32,000 bases of DNA from Halalkalibacillus halophilus DSM 18494 (GTDB lineage: Bacteria; Bacillota; Bacilli; Bacillales; Alkalibacillaceae): NCBI RefSeq assembly GCF_000423105.1, contig NZ_KE383978.1:502790-534789 (forward strand), given 5' to 3'. Each line of letters opens with the position of its first letter. Positions within the stretch are counted from its first letter, which is position 1. Made by a program: the position numbers and the translations under genes. Under the pieces are notes generated by a model, which was not told the DNA's origin, did no database searches, and saw only the letters and a list, made by a program, of their open reading frames with translations. Below are positions 1 to 8,453 of this stretch, piece after piece.

Positions 1-2
1 TA

Positions 3-224
3 ATGGTAGAGAAGTCGTTAGATTCAGTTAAAAGTAAGGTAGACATTTCTAATGTCAATGAAGCATCCGCAGACCTTGAAAAAGCACTGGAATCAACAGT
101 AGTTGCCTATGAAACAGAGGAGCTCCACACCATTCAATCGACTATTACTCAAACCTTACGTCCAAGCTTAGAAAACTGGCGAGATGAAATTAAAAGTATT
201 TACGATGCACATACAAAACATTAA
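3..224 (+). CDS. 3' end of an unidentified protein (possibly truncated by the window edge)
   Basis: Open frame ends at TAA 222-224 and is followed by a strong intrinsic terminator at 243-279. I recognise no family from the 73 aa. It is not a flagellin C-terminus. Confidence 0.35.
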   Translation: MVEKSLDSVKSKVDISNVNEASADLEKALESTVVAYETEELHTIQSTITQTLRPSLENWRDEIKSIYDAHTKH

Positions 225-242
225 TACCTTGTTTTAGATAAT

Positions 243-279
243 CACTTTTCAGGAATACTACCTGGAAAGTGAGTTTTTT
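243..279 (+). terminator. Rho-independent terminator of the upstream gene
   Basis: 11-bp stem CACTTTTCAGG (243-253) / CCTGGAAAGTG (261-271) with one G:U pair and a 7-nt loop, then the T-run TTTTTT at 274-279. Confidence 0.8.
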
Positions 280-294
280 ATGAGGAGGTTTTCT

Positions 295-1551
295 ATGGAT
301 TCTAAGAATGTCATGCCTAAAGAAGGTGGGATCGACCATAGTTTGAAACTGTTAAGTGAAGGTTATCAGTTTATTACGAATCGTCGTTATCGCTTCCAAG
401 AGAATGTTTTCGAGACTCGTTTATTAGGTGGAAAAGCATATTGTTTAACTGGTAGTGAGGCGGCGGAATTATTTTATAATGAATCGAAGTTTAAACGAGA
501 GGGAGCCGCGCCAAAGCCGGTCGAAAAGACGTTATTTGGGGAAGGTGGTGTGCAAGCGCTTGATGATGCTGAGCATAAACATCGCAAAGCCCTATTTATG
601 GAAGTCATGTCTCGTGAGGACCTCAAGACCATAAGGAATTTAATGAATCAATACCTAAAACAAGCTGCTACTGAATGGAGTCAGTATGAAGAAGTAGTTT
701 TATATGATGAGACCAAAAAGGTGATTACTCAAGTTGCTTGTGATTGGGTTGGTATCCCTTTAGATGCTAATGATTTGGATCATAAAACGGAAATGATTAG
801 TGATTTATTTGAGAAACCAGCTGAAATTGGCCTAACGCACTTTAGAGGGTGGAGATCTCGTTCTAAGTTAGAAGAATGGGTGATAGAATATGTAAAAGCT
901 ATTCGCAAAGGTGAATTTGAAGTTGATTCTAATAAACCTTTGTATAAATTCACTTGGCACCGAGATTCAAATAATGAGTTATTAGATGAAGATGTAGTAG
1001 CTGTTGAAGTGTTAAATCTTATTCGCCCAACGGTAGCGGTGTCTATCTGGACACAATTTGTTATGCTCGGATTACACGAACATCCGGAAGAAGCCGAAAA
1101 GCTTAAGTCAAGAGACGAGAGTAACCTAAGGTCTTTTATACAAGAAGTAAGAAGATATTATCCGTTCTTTCCTTTTACTGCTGCGGTAACGAGACAAACA
1201 TTTACATGGAAAGGATATACGTTTGAAGAAGGGACGCTGACGTTACTTGACCTCTATGGGACGAATCATCACCCAGACGATTGGGAAAATCCAGACCGGT
1301 TCAGCCCTACCAGATTTGAAAACTGGAAGGAGAGTCCGTTTAGTTTCATTCCACAAGGTGGTGGCGATTACTACAAAGGTCATCGCTGTGCAGGTGAATG
1401 GATCACCATTGAGATACTAAAAGAATTTACTGATTTCATGGTTAGTGAAATAGACTACACACTTCCTGAACAAGATTTATCGTTTAAATTGAATGAGATC
1501 CCAACATTACCGGAAAGTCGAGTAAAAATTACTAATGTAAAGATAAAATAA
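295..1551 (+). CDS. cypC: Cytochrome P450 CYP152 family, fatty-acid peroxygenase (P450 BSbeta / CypC-like)
   Basis: Alignable end to end with my recollection of B. subtilis P450BSbeta. It has the I-helix Arg-Pro signature (LNLIRPTVAV) and the Cys-ligand loop FIPQGGGDYYKGHRCAGEW. The start is moved to ATG 295 because GAGGAGG at 283-289 lies 5 nt upstream, whereas the track start at 280 sits directly against the terminator T-run. Confidence 0.9.
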   Translation: MDSKNVMPKEGGIDHSLKLLSEGYQFITNRRYRFQENVFETRLLGGKAYCLTGSEAAELFYNESKFKREGAAPKPVEKTLFGEGGVQALDDAEHKHRKALFMEVMSREDLKTIRNLMNQYLKQAATEWSQYEEVVLYDETKKVITQVACDWVGIPLDANDLDHKTEMISDLFEKPAEIGLTHFRGWRSRSKLEEWVIEYVKAIRKGEFEVDSNKPLYKFTWHRDSNNELLDEDVVAVEVLNLIRPTVAVSIWTQFVMLGLHEHPEEAEKLKSRDESNLRSFIQEVRRYYPFFPFTAAVTRQTFTWKGYTFEEGTLTLLDLYGTNHHPDDWENPDRFSPTRFENWKESPFSFIPQGGGDYYKGHRCAGEWITIEILKEFTDFMVSEIDYTLPEQDLSFKLNEIPTLPESRVKITNVKIK

Positions 1552-1557
1552 GTGATT

Positions 1558-1585
1558 AGAGGTCTGAATATAGGCCTCTTTTTTG
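1558..1585 (+). terminator. Rho-independent terminator after the P450 gene
   Basis: Stem AGAGGTC (1558-1564) / GGCCTCT (1573-1579) with one G:U pair and an 8-nt loop, followed by TTTTT. Confidence 0.7.
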
Positions 1586-1613
1586 TATGAACAATCTTTT
1601 ATTTTTGTTTTAC

Positions 1614-1640
1614 TAAACGAATATGCGAGTTTTCCGATAT
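1614..1640 (+). promoter_or_regulatory. Sigma-D (sigma-28) type promoter for flaG-fliD-fliS-fliT
   Basis: TAAA (1614-1617), a 15-nt spacer, then tCCGATAT (1633-1640), against the consensus TAAA-N15-GCCGATAT. It lies ~35 nt upstream of the flaG start. The homologous B. subtilis operon is sigma-D dependent. Confidence 0.7.
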
Positions 1641-1674
1641 AATAGATAGAACTGAATAGAAGGAGTTGTTTTAA

Positions 1675-2049
1675 TTGATGAATATAACTAGTGTATTATC
1701 AAACTCTCAACTCCTGCAGCGGTCGGAATCATCTGAAGTAACTACATCGAAGCAAGACGAGACGAAACCGAAATTGCAGGCGGTGCAAGACGAGACAGGA
1801 CAAATAAACCAATCAAATGAACTATCAAAAGAACAAGCGATGAATTTGGTGGAAGAGATAAATGTAGTACTCGAACCAGCCAATACATCGGTGAAATTTG
1901 AATTTCATGAAAAACTGGAAAGATATTATATTTCTGTTATCGATCGTGATTCAGAGGAGATTGTCAAAGAGATTCCTCCAGAAAAATTATTAGATGTTCA
2001 TGCAGCAATGGCTGAATACATGGGTTTTATAGTAGATGAAAAGATTTAA
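1675..2049 (+). CDS. flaG: Flagellar protein FlaG
   Basis: The C-terminal FlaG-family block VKFEFHEKLERYYISVIDRDSEEIVKEIPPEKLLD is present. AGGAG lies at 1661-1665. The start could be TTG 1675 or the adjacent ATG 1678. Synteny with fliD, fliS and fliT supports the call. Confidence 0.85.
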   Translation: MMNITSVLSNSQLLQRSESSEVTTSKQDETKPKLQAVQDETGQINQSNELSKEQAMNLVEEINVVLEPANTSVKFEFHEKLERYYISVIDRDSEEIVKEIPPEKLLDVHAAMAEYMGFIVDEKI

Positions 2050-2070
2050 ACACGAAGGTGGTGTAGGAAT

Positions 2071-3564
2071 ATGATTTCTAACCAAATGAGAATGACTGGT
2101 TTTGCTTCCGGAATGGAGATTGACCAGATTGTAAAAGATTTAATGAGAGCAGAGCGTCAACCATTAGAGAAAATGGAACAAGATCAGCGGTTTACGGAAT
2201 TAAAGCGTGATGCTTACCGTGAAGCAAATACAAAGATGTCAGAACTAGACAATATGTTTTTAGATATGCGTATGTCTACTTCTTATCAATCAAGTTCTGT
2301 CGATTCAACGAATCCTGGTGCTGTATCTGCTAGTGCGCCAAGTAATGCGGAAGAATCATATTACTCAGTAGGTGTGGAGCAACTTGCGAACAAAGCTGTA
2401 AATGCTAGTGATGGCAGAGCTTTTGATGCGGAGTTTAATGCTGATGAAGCTTCAGCAGAATTAGAAGGACAGACTGTGGAATTTTCCTATTTCAATGAAA
2501 ATGGCGAGCAACAAGATGTTTCATTTGAAGTGGCCAGTGGGGAATCATTAAATGATGTCTTTGACCGTATTTCGGAGGAATCCAATGGCGCGGTTAGTGG
2601 ATTTTACGATGCGAACTCCGGACGAGTATTTATTGAACGTACGGAGTCAGGTAGCTTCAATGAAAACGGACCTGAGATTATGTTTGCTGATGACTCCATT
2701 TTTGCGAATCAATTCCAACTAAATCAAGATAATGAGGTTGGCGGAGATAATGCCTTATTTACATACAACGGAATTCAAATGGAATCTCGTTCTAATGAGT
2801 ATGAAATCGACGGTGTGAACTTCCAATTTAATAATACGACTGGTGATTCTCCAGCTGTTGTTTCCGTCCAACATGATGTGGATGATTCTGTTGATAAAAT
2901 TATGGAATTCGTAGAGAAGTACAATGAAGTAATTGAACATTTAAACGATAAAACGAACGAAGAACGCTTTCGTGATTATCCTCCATTAACTCAGGAGCAA
3001 CGTAATGCGATGTCTGATAATGAAATTGAGCTTTGGGAAGAACGGTCGCAAAGTGGTCTGCTACGTCGTGATGGGATCATTAATAATGGGTTATCATCAA
3101 TGCGTAGTTCTTGGTATCAACAAGTAGATAATACTGCTGGTGACTTCCGTTCGGTCATTGATGTAGGAATCACAACTTCTTCTAACTGGCGTGATGGCGG
3201 AAAATTAGAAGTGGATGAAGATAAGTTACGAACGGCACTTCAGGACGATTCTGAAGGAGTATTTCGAATATTTTCTAATAATGTGGAAGGCGAATCACGT
3301 GGTGTCATTAACCGCGTAGAAGATGCTTTAAGTAACACGATGGATCGAATTACAGATCGTGCAGGTAATGAGCTTCGTACGGAGCATCAATATACGATGG
3401 GGCGAGAGTTAATTAGCATGTCTGATCGAATGGAAAACTTTGAACGTCGTATGCAACAAGTAGAAAGTCGTTATTGGGATCAATTTAATCGAATGGAACG
3501 TGCGATTCAGGAAATGAATAATCAATCGATGCAAATGCAACAACAGCTCGGTCAAATGGGTTAG
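2071..3564 (+). CDS. fliD: Flagellar filament cap protein FliD (hook-associated protein 2)
   Basis: 497 aa, with an N-terminus MRMTGFASGMEIDQIVKDLMRAERQPL typical of FliD. RBS GAAGGTGG at 2054-2061. Synteny supports the call. Confidence 0.93.
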   Translation: MISNQMRMTGFASGMEIDQIVKDLMRAERQPLEKMEQDQRFTELKRDAYREANTKMSELDNMFLDMRMSTSYQSSSVDSTNPGAVSASAPSNAEESYYSVGVEQLANKAVNASDGRAFDAEFNADEASAELEGQTVEFSYFNENGEQQDVSFEVASGESLNDVFDRISEESNGAVSGFYDANSGRVFIERTESGSFNENGPEIMFADDSIFANQFQLNQDNEVGGDNALFTYNGIQMESRSNEYEIDGVNFQFNNTTGDSPAVVSVQHDVDDSVDKIMEFVEKYNEVIEHLNDKTNEERFRDYPPLTQEQRNAMSDNEIELWEERSQSGLLRRDGIINNGLSSMRSSWYQQVDNTAGDFRSVIDVGITTSSNWRDGGKLEVDEDKLRTALQDDSEGVFRIFSNNVEGESRGVINRVEDALSNTMDRITDRAGNELRTEHQYTMGRELISMSDRMENFERRMQQVESRYWDQFNRMERAIQEMNNQSMQMQQQLGQMG

Positions 3565-3594
3565 ATCTATAAGCTTTAAAGGAGTGTTTTAGAA

Positions 3595-3993
3595 ATGGCA
3601 TATGGACAAGCATATCAAGCGTATCAAGAGAATTCGATTTCTACTGCTTCACCAGAGCAGTTAACATTACAGCTTTATAATGGTTGCATTAAATTCATTA
3701 AATTGAGTAAACGTGCAATCGAAAATGAAAGTATAGAAGAGAAAAACATAAATATTCAAAAGGCACAAAACATTATTTCAGAGTTAAGAGCAACACTGAA
3801 TATGGATTATGATATTTCGCATCAATTAATGCCTTTGTATGAGTATATTAATCATCGTTTAACTCAAGCAAATTTCAAAAGTGATGTAAGTATGTTAAAT
3901 GAAGCTCAACAAATGGTCGAACAATTTCGTGATACATGGAAAGAAGTCATGAAGGCAAATCGAGTGCAGTCGCAAAAAGCTGGAGTGCAGTAG
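3595..3993 (+). CDS. fliS: Flagellin-specific export chaperone FliS
   Basis: 132 aa with an FliS-like sequence (YQENSISTASPEQLTLQLYNG...). RBS AAAGGAG at 3578-3584. It sits directly after fliD. Confidence 0.92.
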   Translation: MAYGQAYQAYQENSISTASPEQLTLQLYNGCIKFIKLSKRAIENESIEEKNINIQKAQNIISELRATLNMDYDISHQLMPLYEYINHRLTQANFKSDVSMLNEAQQMVEQFRDTWKEVMKANRVQSQKAGVQ

Positions 3994-3994
3994 C

Positions 3995-4345
3995 ATGTCT
4001 GAAGTTAAGGCGCTATTTACGCTGACGAAACAAATGCGTAATCGTTTCTCTAATACGGAAAATGAGGAGCGAGAAACGTTAATTGCTGACTTTGAAGATT
4101 TTGTTAGTAAACGAGAGAAATTATTAAAGCAAATCGAAGGTCCACTTTCAGATGATGAAAAAGAACTCACTGAAGAGGTTATAGCGATTGATGCTCAATT
4201 ACAAAAACAAGTCGATCAATATTTAAATGGATTCCAACAAGACTTTCAATCATTTAAAAAGAAACAAACATCAAATAAAAAGTATATTAATCCATACCAA
4301 AATTTACATGGACGAGATGGTAGCTTTATTGATAAACGAAATTAA
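3995..4345 (+). CDS. fliT: Flagellar export chaperone FliT
   Basis: The ATG is 1 nt after the fliS stop, suggesting translational coupling. The C-terminal KYINPYQNLHGRDGSFIDKRN resembles the B. subtilis FliT C-terminus as I recall it. Size and position match. Confidence 0.75.
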   Translation: MSEVKALFTLTKQMRNRFSNTENEERETLIADFEDFVSKREKLLKQIEGPLSDDEKELTEEVIAIDAQLQKQVDQYLNGFQQDFQSFKKKQTSNKKYINPYQNLHGRDGSFIDKRN

Positions 4346-4370
4346 ACGTAGCTTTTGGCTGCGTTTTTTA
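4346..4370 (+). terminator. Rho-independent terminator of the flaG operon
   Basis: Stem ACGTAGC / GCTGCGT with one G:U pair and a TTTTG loop, then TTTTT. Confidence 0.7.
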
Positions 4371-4545
4371 TTTTGTGGTTAAAATAGTATACTCTGTGCA
4401 AACTAAACTTTCATGCACTTGCATAGGCTTATATAGAACCTTAAAAAAGATGGATTATTCTCCATACTAGGAAAATACTTCATCCCTTGGGCCACTTGTT
4501 TCGAGCTGCGAATGATTTCGACAAAATATTCTAACTTTTTTATTG

Positions 4546-4571
4546 GTTTAGGCAGGAATAGAGAAGGGTAA
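4546..4571 (+). promoter_or_regulatory. Sigma-B type promoter upstream of hpf
   Basis: GTTTAG (4546-4551), a 14-nt spacer, then GGGTAA (4566-4571), against the consensus GTTTAA-N12-15-GGGTAT. B. subtilis yvyD/hpf is known to be sigma-B controlled. Confidence 0.55.
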
Positions 4572-4579
4572 TGTTGAAT
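4554..4579 (+). promoter_or_regulatory. Sigma-H type promoter upstream of hpf, overlapping the sigma-B motif
   Basis: AGGAATA (4554-4560), a 12-nt spacer, then GttGAAT (4573-4579). This fits RnAGGAWWW-N11-12-RnnGAAT. B. subtilis yvyD has dual sigma-B/sigma-H control. Confidence 0.45.
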
Positions 4580-4612
4580 ATAGGTTGCATAAGCTGAAAG
4601 GAGGAATTGCAT

Positions 4613-5167
4613 ATGATTTACAACATTAGAGGAGAAAACATCGAGGTCACTGATCCAATTCGTGAATATGTAGAGAAGAAAATAGGGAAGTTGGAGCGTT
4701 ATTTTGATACTCCCCCTTCTTCCGAGGTACATGTCAACTTAAGTGTCCACAATGCGGAACAAAAAATTGAAGTGACCATTCCTATGACCAACTTATTACT
4801 CCGCGCTGAAGAGAGTCACAGCGATCTATATGCAGCGACAGATTTGGTTCTTAATAAATTAGAGCGACAAATCCGCAAGCATAAAACAAAAGTTAACCGC
4901 AAATTCCGTCAACAAGGAGCTCCAAAGTATGTTTTTGCTGAAATGGAAAAGGAAGCTGCTAACGGAAAACAGTTAGAAGATGAAGGTATCGACATTGTTA
5001 AGAAAAAACGTTTCGATTTGAAGCCAATGGATGAAGAAGAAGCAGTTCTACAAATGGATATGCTAGGTCACGAGTTCTATGTATTTGAGAATTCAGAATC
5101 TGGTGACACCAATGTCGTTTATAAACGTAAAGATGGAAAATATGGACTTATTGAACCAAATGCATAA
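4613..5167 (+). CDS. hpf: Ribosome hibernation promoting factor, long form (HPF/YvyD)
   Basis: MIYNIRGENIEVTDPIREYVEKKIGKLERYF matches the YvyD N-terminus. GGAGG at 4600-4604 lies 8 nt before ATG 4613. The track start TTG 4607 is too close to the RBS. Confidence 0.93.
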   Translation: MIYNIRGENIEVTDPIREYVEKKIGKLERYFDTPPSSEVHVNLSVHNAEQKIEVTIPMTNLLLRAEESHSDLYAATDLVLNKLERQIRKHKTKVNRKFRQQGAPKYVFAEMEKEAANGKQLEDEGIDIVKKKRFDLKPMDEEEAVLQMDMLGHEFYVFENSESGDTNVVYKRKDGKYGLIEPNA

Positions 5168-5174
5168 ATGAACG

Positions 5175-5206
5175 AAACCTCCGCTACATGTAGTGGAGGT
5201 TTTTTA
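5175..5206 (+). terminator. Rho-independent terminator after hpf
   Basis: ~11-bp stem AAACCTCCGCTA / TAGTGGAGGTTT with one G:U pair and a CATG loop, then a T-run at 5200-5205. Confidence 0.85.
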
Positions 5207-5324
5207 TGTAAAAATAAAAAATTTTATAGTAGTTTATTACGATTTAAAATATCTAATTTGATTGATTGGAACAAAAAAAGTAAAGTACATAGAGTAACAG
5301 AAAAGTCATTGTTTTTAAGGGGGA

Positions 5325-5353
5325 TTCCCATGGTTTAAAAGCTATGCTATAAC
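5325..5353 (+). promoter_or_regulatory. Candidate sigma-A promoter (extended -10) for the small ORF
   Basis: TTCCCA (5325-5330), a 17-nt spacer, then TATAAC (5348-5353), with TG at 5345-5346. Confidence 0.35.
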
Positions 5354-5386
5354 TAATATAACCAAGTCATGAAGGGGGAATACGAG

Positions 5387-5590
5387 ATGATTGAATCAAA
5401 AGAAATATGCCTCAGTTGTAATCGTTTAGAAACGGAAATCAAACGACAAAGCGAAGTGATTTCTCAGTTAATGCGAATTGTTGCTTCTACAAATGAGCGG
5501 GTTACCTTAGTGGAACAACAACTTTCTCATCGAACCCACGACTTTTCCTTATCCTATCCCATGACTTCCTCAAGTCGAGTTAATGATTAA
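5387..5590 (+). CDS. Hypothetical small protein (67 aa, CxxC near the N-terminus)
   Basis: AAGGGGG at 5372-5378 lies 8 nt before ATG 5387. It has its own candidate promoter and a downstream terminator at 5616-5655. I recognise no family. Confidence 0.45.
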   Translation: MIESKEICLSCNRLETEIKRQSEVISQLMRIVASTNERVTLVEQQLSHRTHDFSLSYPMTSSSRVND

Positions 5591-5615
5591 CTCCCTTGAT
5601 GATCTTGGCTTTTGG

Positions 5616-5655
5616 CCAGTTGCTTTTCCATAGAGAGGCGACTGGTTCTTTTTTT
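5616..5655 (+). terminator. Rho-independent terminator after the small ORF
   Basis: 8-bp stem CCAGTTGC / GCGACTGG with one G:U pair and a 14-nt loop, then TTCTTTTTTT. Confidence 0.6.
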
Positions 5656-5763
5656 AACATGTTCGACAATCTTTGTACTTTTCGTATAGTTGTCATCCTT
5701 TAATTGGTAGTGTTATGATTATAAATGGACGATTGTAATGATAAAGATATGAGGTGCAAATTC

Positions 5764-8286
5764 ATGAGTAAGTTGTTAACAAAAATTTTCGGAGACGGAA
5801 ATGAAAAACAATTAAAGAAACTACGCAAAATTGCAGACCAAATAGAAGAAAAAGAGTCTGAGATCCAGTTGCTTTCTGATTATGATCTTCAGGCGAAAAC
5901 AGAACAATTTAAAAAACGTTATCAAGATGGCGAAAAACTTGATGACATGTTAGTAGAAGCATATGCAGTCGTACGTGAATCAGCGAAGCGTGTGTTGGGC
6001 ATGCGTCCGTTCTACGTACAGCTGATAGGTGCAATCGCTTTACATAATGGCGATATTGCAGAGATGAAAACAGGTGAAGGTAAAACGTTAGCTTCAACGA
6101 TGCCTGCTTATTTAAATGCATTATCTGGTAAAGGTGTACACATTATTACGGTAAACGATTATCTTGCAAAACGTGACTCCGATGAGATGGGTGAATTGTA
6201 TGATTGGCTTGGTTTAACGGTTGGCCTTAATACAAACGACCTTACGAAAGAAGAGAAGCGAGAAGCATATGCGTGTGATATTACTTATGGTACCAATAAC
6301 GAGTTTGGTTTTGATTATTTACGCGATAATATGGTGCTTTATAAAGAGAAAATGGTTCAACGTCCATTACCTTTTGCGATTGTCGATGAGGTCGACTCGA
6401 TTCTTATTGATGAAGCGCGTACACCATTAATTATCTCCGGGTCTCAAAAAAGATCACAGTCTAATTATGTACAAGCGAATGGCTTCGTAGAAGGTCTTCA
6501 ACTAGAAGAAGATTATACGTACGATGAAAAAACTCGTAATGTCCAGCTTACAGAACAGGGTATTACAAAAGCAGAGAACTATTTTAATATTGAAAACTTA
6601 TACGACTTAGGTAATGTTTCGTTAACGCACCATGTGAATCAGGCTTTAAAAGCACATGTTGTGATGCAACGTGATATGGATTACGTAGTGGAAGAAGATG
6701 GTGTCGTTATTGTAGACCAATTTACTGGTCGTTTGATGAAAGGCCGTCGCTATAGTGATGGGCTTCATCAGGCAATTGAGGCAAAAGAAGGATTACAGAT
6801 TCAAAAAGAAAGCATGACATTAGCTACTATTACATTCCAGAACTTCTTCCGTATGTACGATAAGTTATCTGGTATGACTGGTACAGCGAAAACAGAAGAA
6901 GAAGAATTCCGTAATATCTATAATATGAATGTTGTTTCCATTCCTACGAACCAAGATGTCATTCGAGAAGACCGTGCGGATTTAATTTATAAGTCTGTAG
7001 AGGGTAAATTCAAATCTATGGTTCAAGATATAAAAGATAGAAATGAAAAAGGGCAGCCTATTTTAGTCGGTACCGTTGCCGTAGAAACGTCAGAAATTAT
7101 TTCACAGTTACTTAAGAAAGCTGGCGTCAAGCACAATGTACTAAACGCAAAGAATCACTTCAGTGAAGCAGAGATCATTCTGAACGCTGGTCAAAAAGGT
7201 GCTGTTACGATTGCGACGAATATGGCAGGTCGTGGTACAGATATCAAACTTGGCGATGGTGTCAAAGAAGTTGGCGGTCTTGCAGTAATTGGTACAGAGC
7301 GTCACGAGTCTCGTCGTATTGATAATCAGTTACGTGGTCGTGCTGGTCGTCAAGGTGACCCTGGTGTGTCGCAATTTTACCTTTCCATGGAAGATGAGTT
7401 AATGCGCCGCTTCGGTTCAGACAATATGCGTAATATGATGGATCGTTTTGGTCTTGATGATGATCAACCAATTGAAAGTAAAATGGTTTCACGTGCCGTA
7501 GAATCTGCACAGAAACGAGTAGAAGGAAACAACTTTGATGCTCGTAAACAAATTCTTTCTTACGATGATGTACTTCGTCAGCAGCGTGATATTATATATG
7601 CTCAGCGTTATCAAGTACTTGATTCCGATCACTTACGAGAAATCATCGAGGGCATGATTCAATCAACTGTTCAAAGGCAAGTAGAAGCGTATACACAGGA
7701 AGAGGAAGAAGAGAAGTGGGATCTAGAACCTCTCGTCCAATTCCTGCATGCCAATATTTTAGAACAAGATGAAATTTCTCATGGTGATTTAGAAGGTAAA
7801 GAACCAGATGAAATGGTCGATTATATTATGGCTATTGTGAAGCGTAAGTACGACGAACGGGAACAAGAGCTTACAGAAGAACAAATGCGTGAGTTCGAAA
7901 AAGTAATCTTATTACGTACCGTTGACTCTAAGTGGATGGATCATATTGACCAAATGGATCAGCTACGCCAAGGAATTCATTTAAGAGCTTACGGTCAAAC
8001 AGATCCACTGCAAGAGTATCAAATGGAAGGTTTCACGATGTTTGAAGAAATGATTGCGAACGTCGAGCAAGAAGTTGCGAAGTACGCAATGAAAGCTCAA
8101 ATTCGAGAAAACCTTCAGCGTGTCGAAGTAGCAACTGGTACGAAAGCTGTTGCTGGTGGTCAGTCGCAAAAAGAAGAGAAGAAAAAGAATCAACCATATG
8201 TAAAGAAAAAAGAAGTAGGAAGAAATGAACCTTGTCCGTGTGGTAGTGGGAAGAAATACAAGAATTGCCACGGGAGTGCTGAATAA
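5764..8286 (+). CDS. secA: Preprotein translocase ATPase SecA
   Basis: Near-continuous similarity to B. subtilis SecA, including [28 protein letters not shown] and [13 protein letters not shown], plus the C-terminal zinc motif [14 protein letters not shown]. The start is re-called to ATG 5764 ([10 protein letters not shown]), with GAGGTG at 5751-5756. Confidence 0.97.
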   Translation: MSKLLTKIFGDGNEKQLKKLRKIADQIEEKESEIQLLSDYDLQAKTEQFKKRYQDGEKLDDMLVEAYAVVRESAKRVLGMRPFYVQLIGAIALHNGDIAEMKTGEGKTLASTMPAYLNALSGKGVHIITVNDYLAKRDSDEMGELYDWLGLTVGLNTNDLTKEEKREAYACDITYGTNNEFGFDYLRDNMVLYKEKMVQRPLPFAIVDEVDSILIDEARTPLIISGSQKRSQSNYVQANGFVEGLQLEEDYTYDEKTRNVQLTEQGITKAENYFNIENLYDLGNVSLTHHVNQALKAHVVMQRDMDYVVEEDGVVIVDQFTGRLMKGRRYSDGLHQAIEAKEGLQIQKESMTLATITFQNFFRMYDKLSGMTGTAKTEEEEFRNIYNMNVVSIPTNQDVIREDRADLIYKSVEGKFKSMVQDIKDRNEKGQPILVGTVAVETSEIISQLLKKAGVKHNVLNAKNHFSEAEIILNAGQKGAVTIATNMAGRGTDIKLGDGVKEVGGLAVIGTERHESRRIDNQLRGRAGRQGDPGVSQFYLSMEDELMRRFGSDNMRNMMDRFGLDDDQPIESKMVSRAVESAQKRVEGNNFDARKQILSYDDVLRQQRDIIYAQRYQVLDSDHLREIIEGMIQSTVQRQVEAYTQEEEEEKWDLEPLVQFLHANILEQDEISHGDLEGKEPDEMVDYIMAIVKRKYDEREQELTEEQMREFEKVILLRTVDSKWMDHIDQMDQLRQGIHLRAYGQTDPLQEYQMEGFTMFEEMIANVEQEVAKYAMKAQIRENLQRVEVATGTKAVAGGQSQKEEKKKNQPYVKKKEVGRNEPCPCGSGKKYKNCHGSAE

Positions 8287-8300
8287 AAAAATCACAAGAG

Positions 8301-8337
8301 CTCCTGGCTGATCGACTTCAGTCGGGAGTTTTATTTT
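8301..8337 (+). terminator. Rho-independent terminator after secA
   Basis: 11-bp stem CTCCTGGCTGA / TCAGTCGGGAG with two G:U pairs, then TTTTATTTT. Confidence 0.7.
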
Positions 8338-8453
8338 CACGTTTACACCATTTTGTCTCACAAAACTTTCATTAATAAATAAGATTATCCGTTTTTAATT
8401 GTTTGAACAGTGGTACAATATGGGTAAAGATAATTATAGCTGAGGTGAGTATA

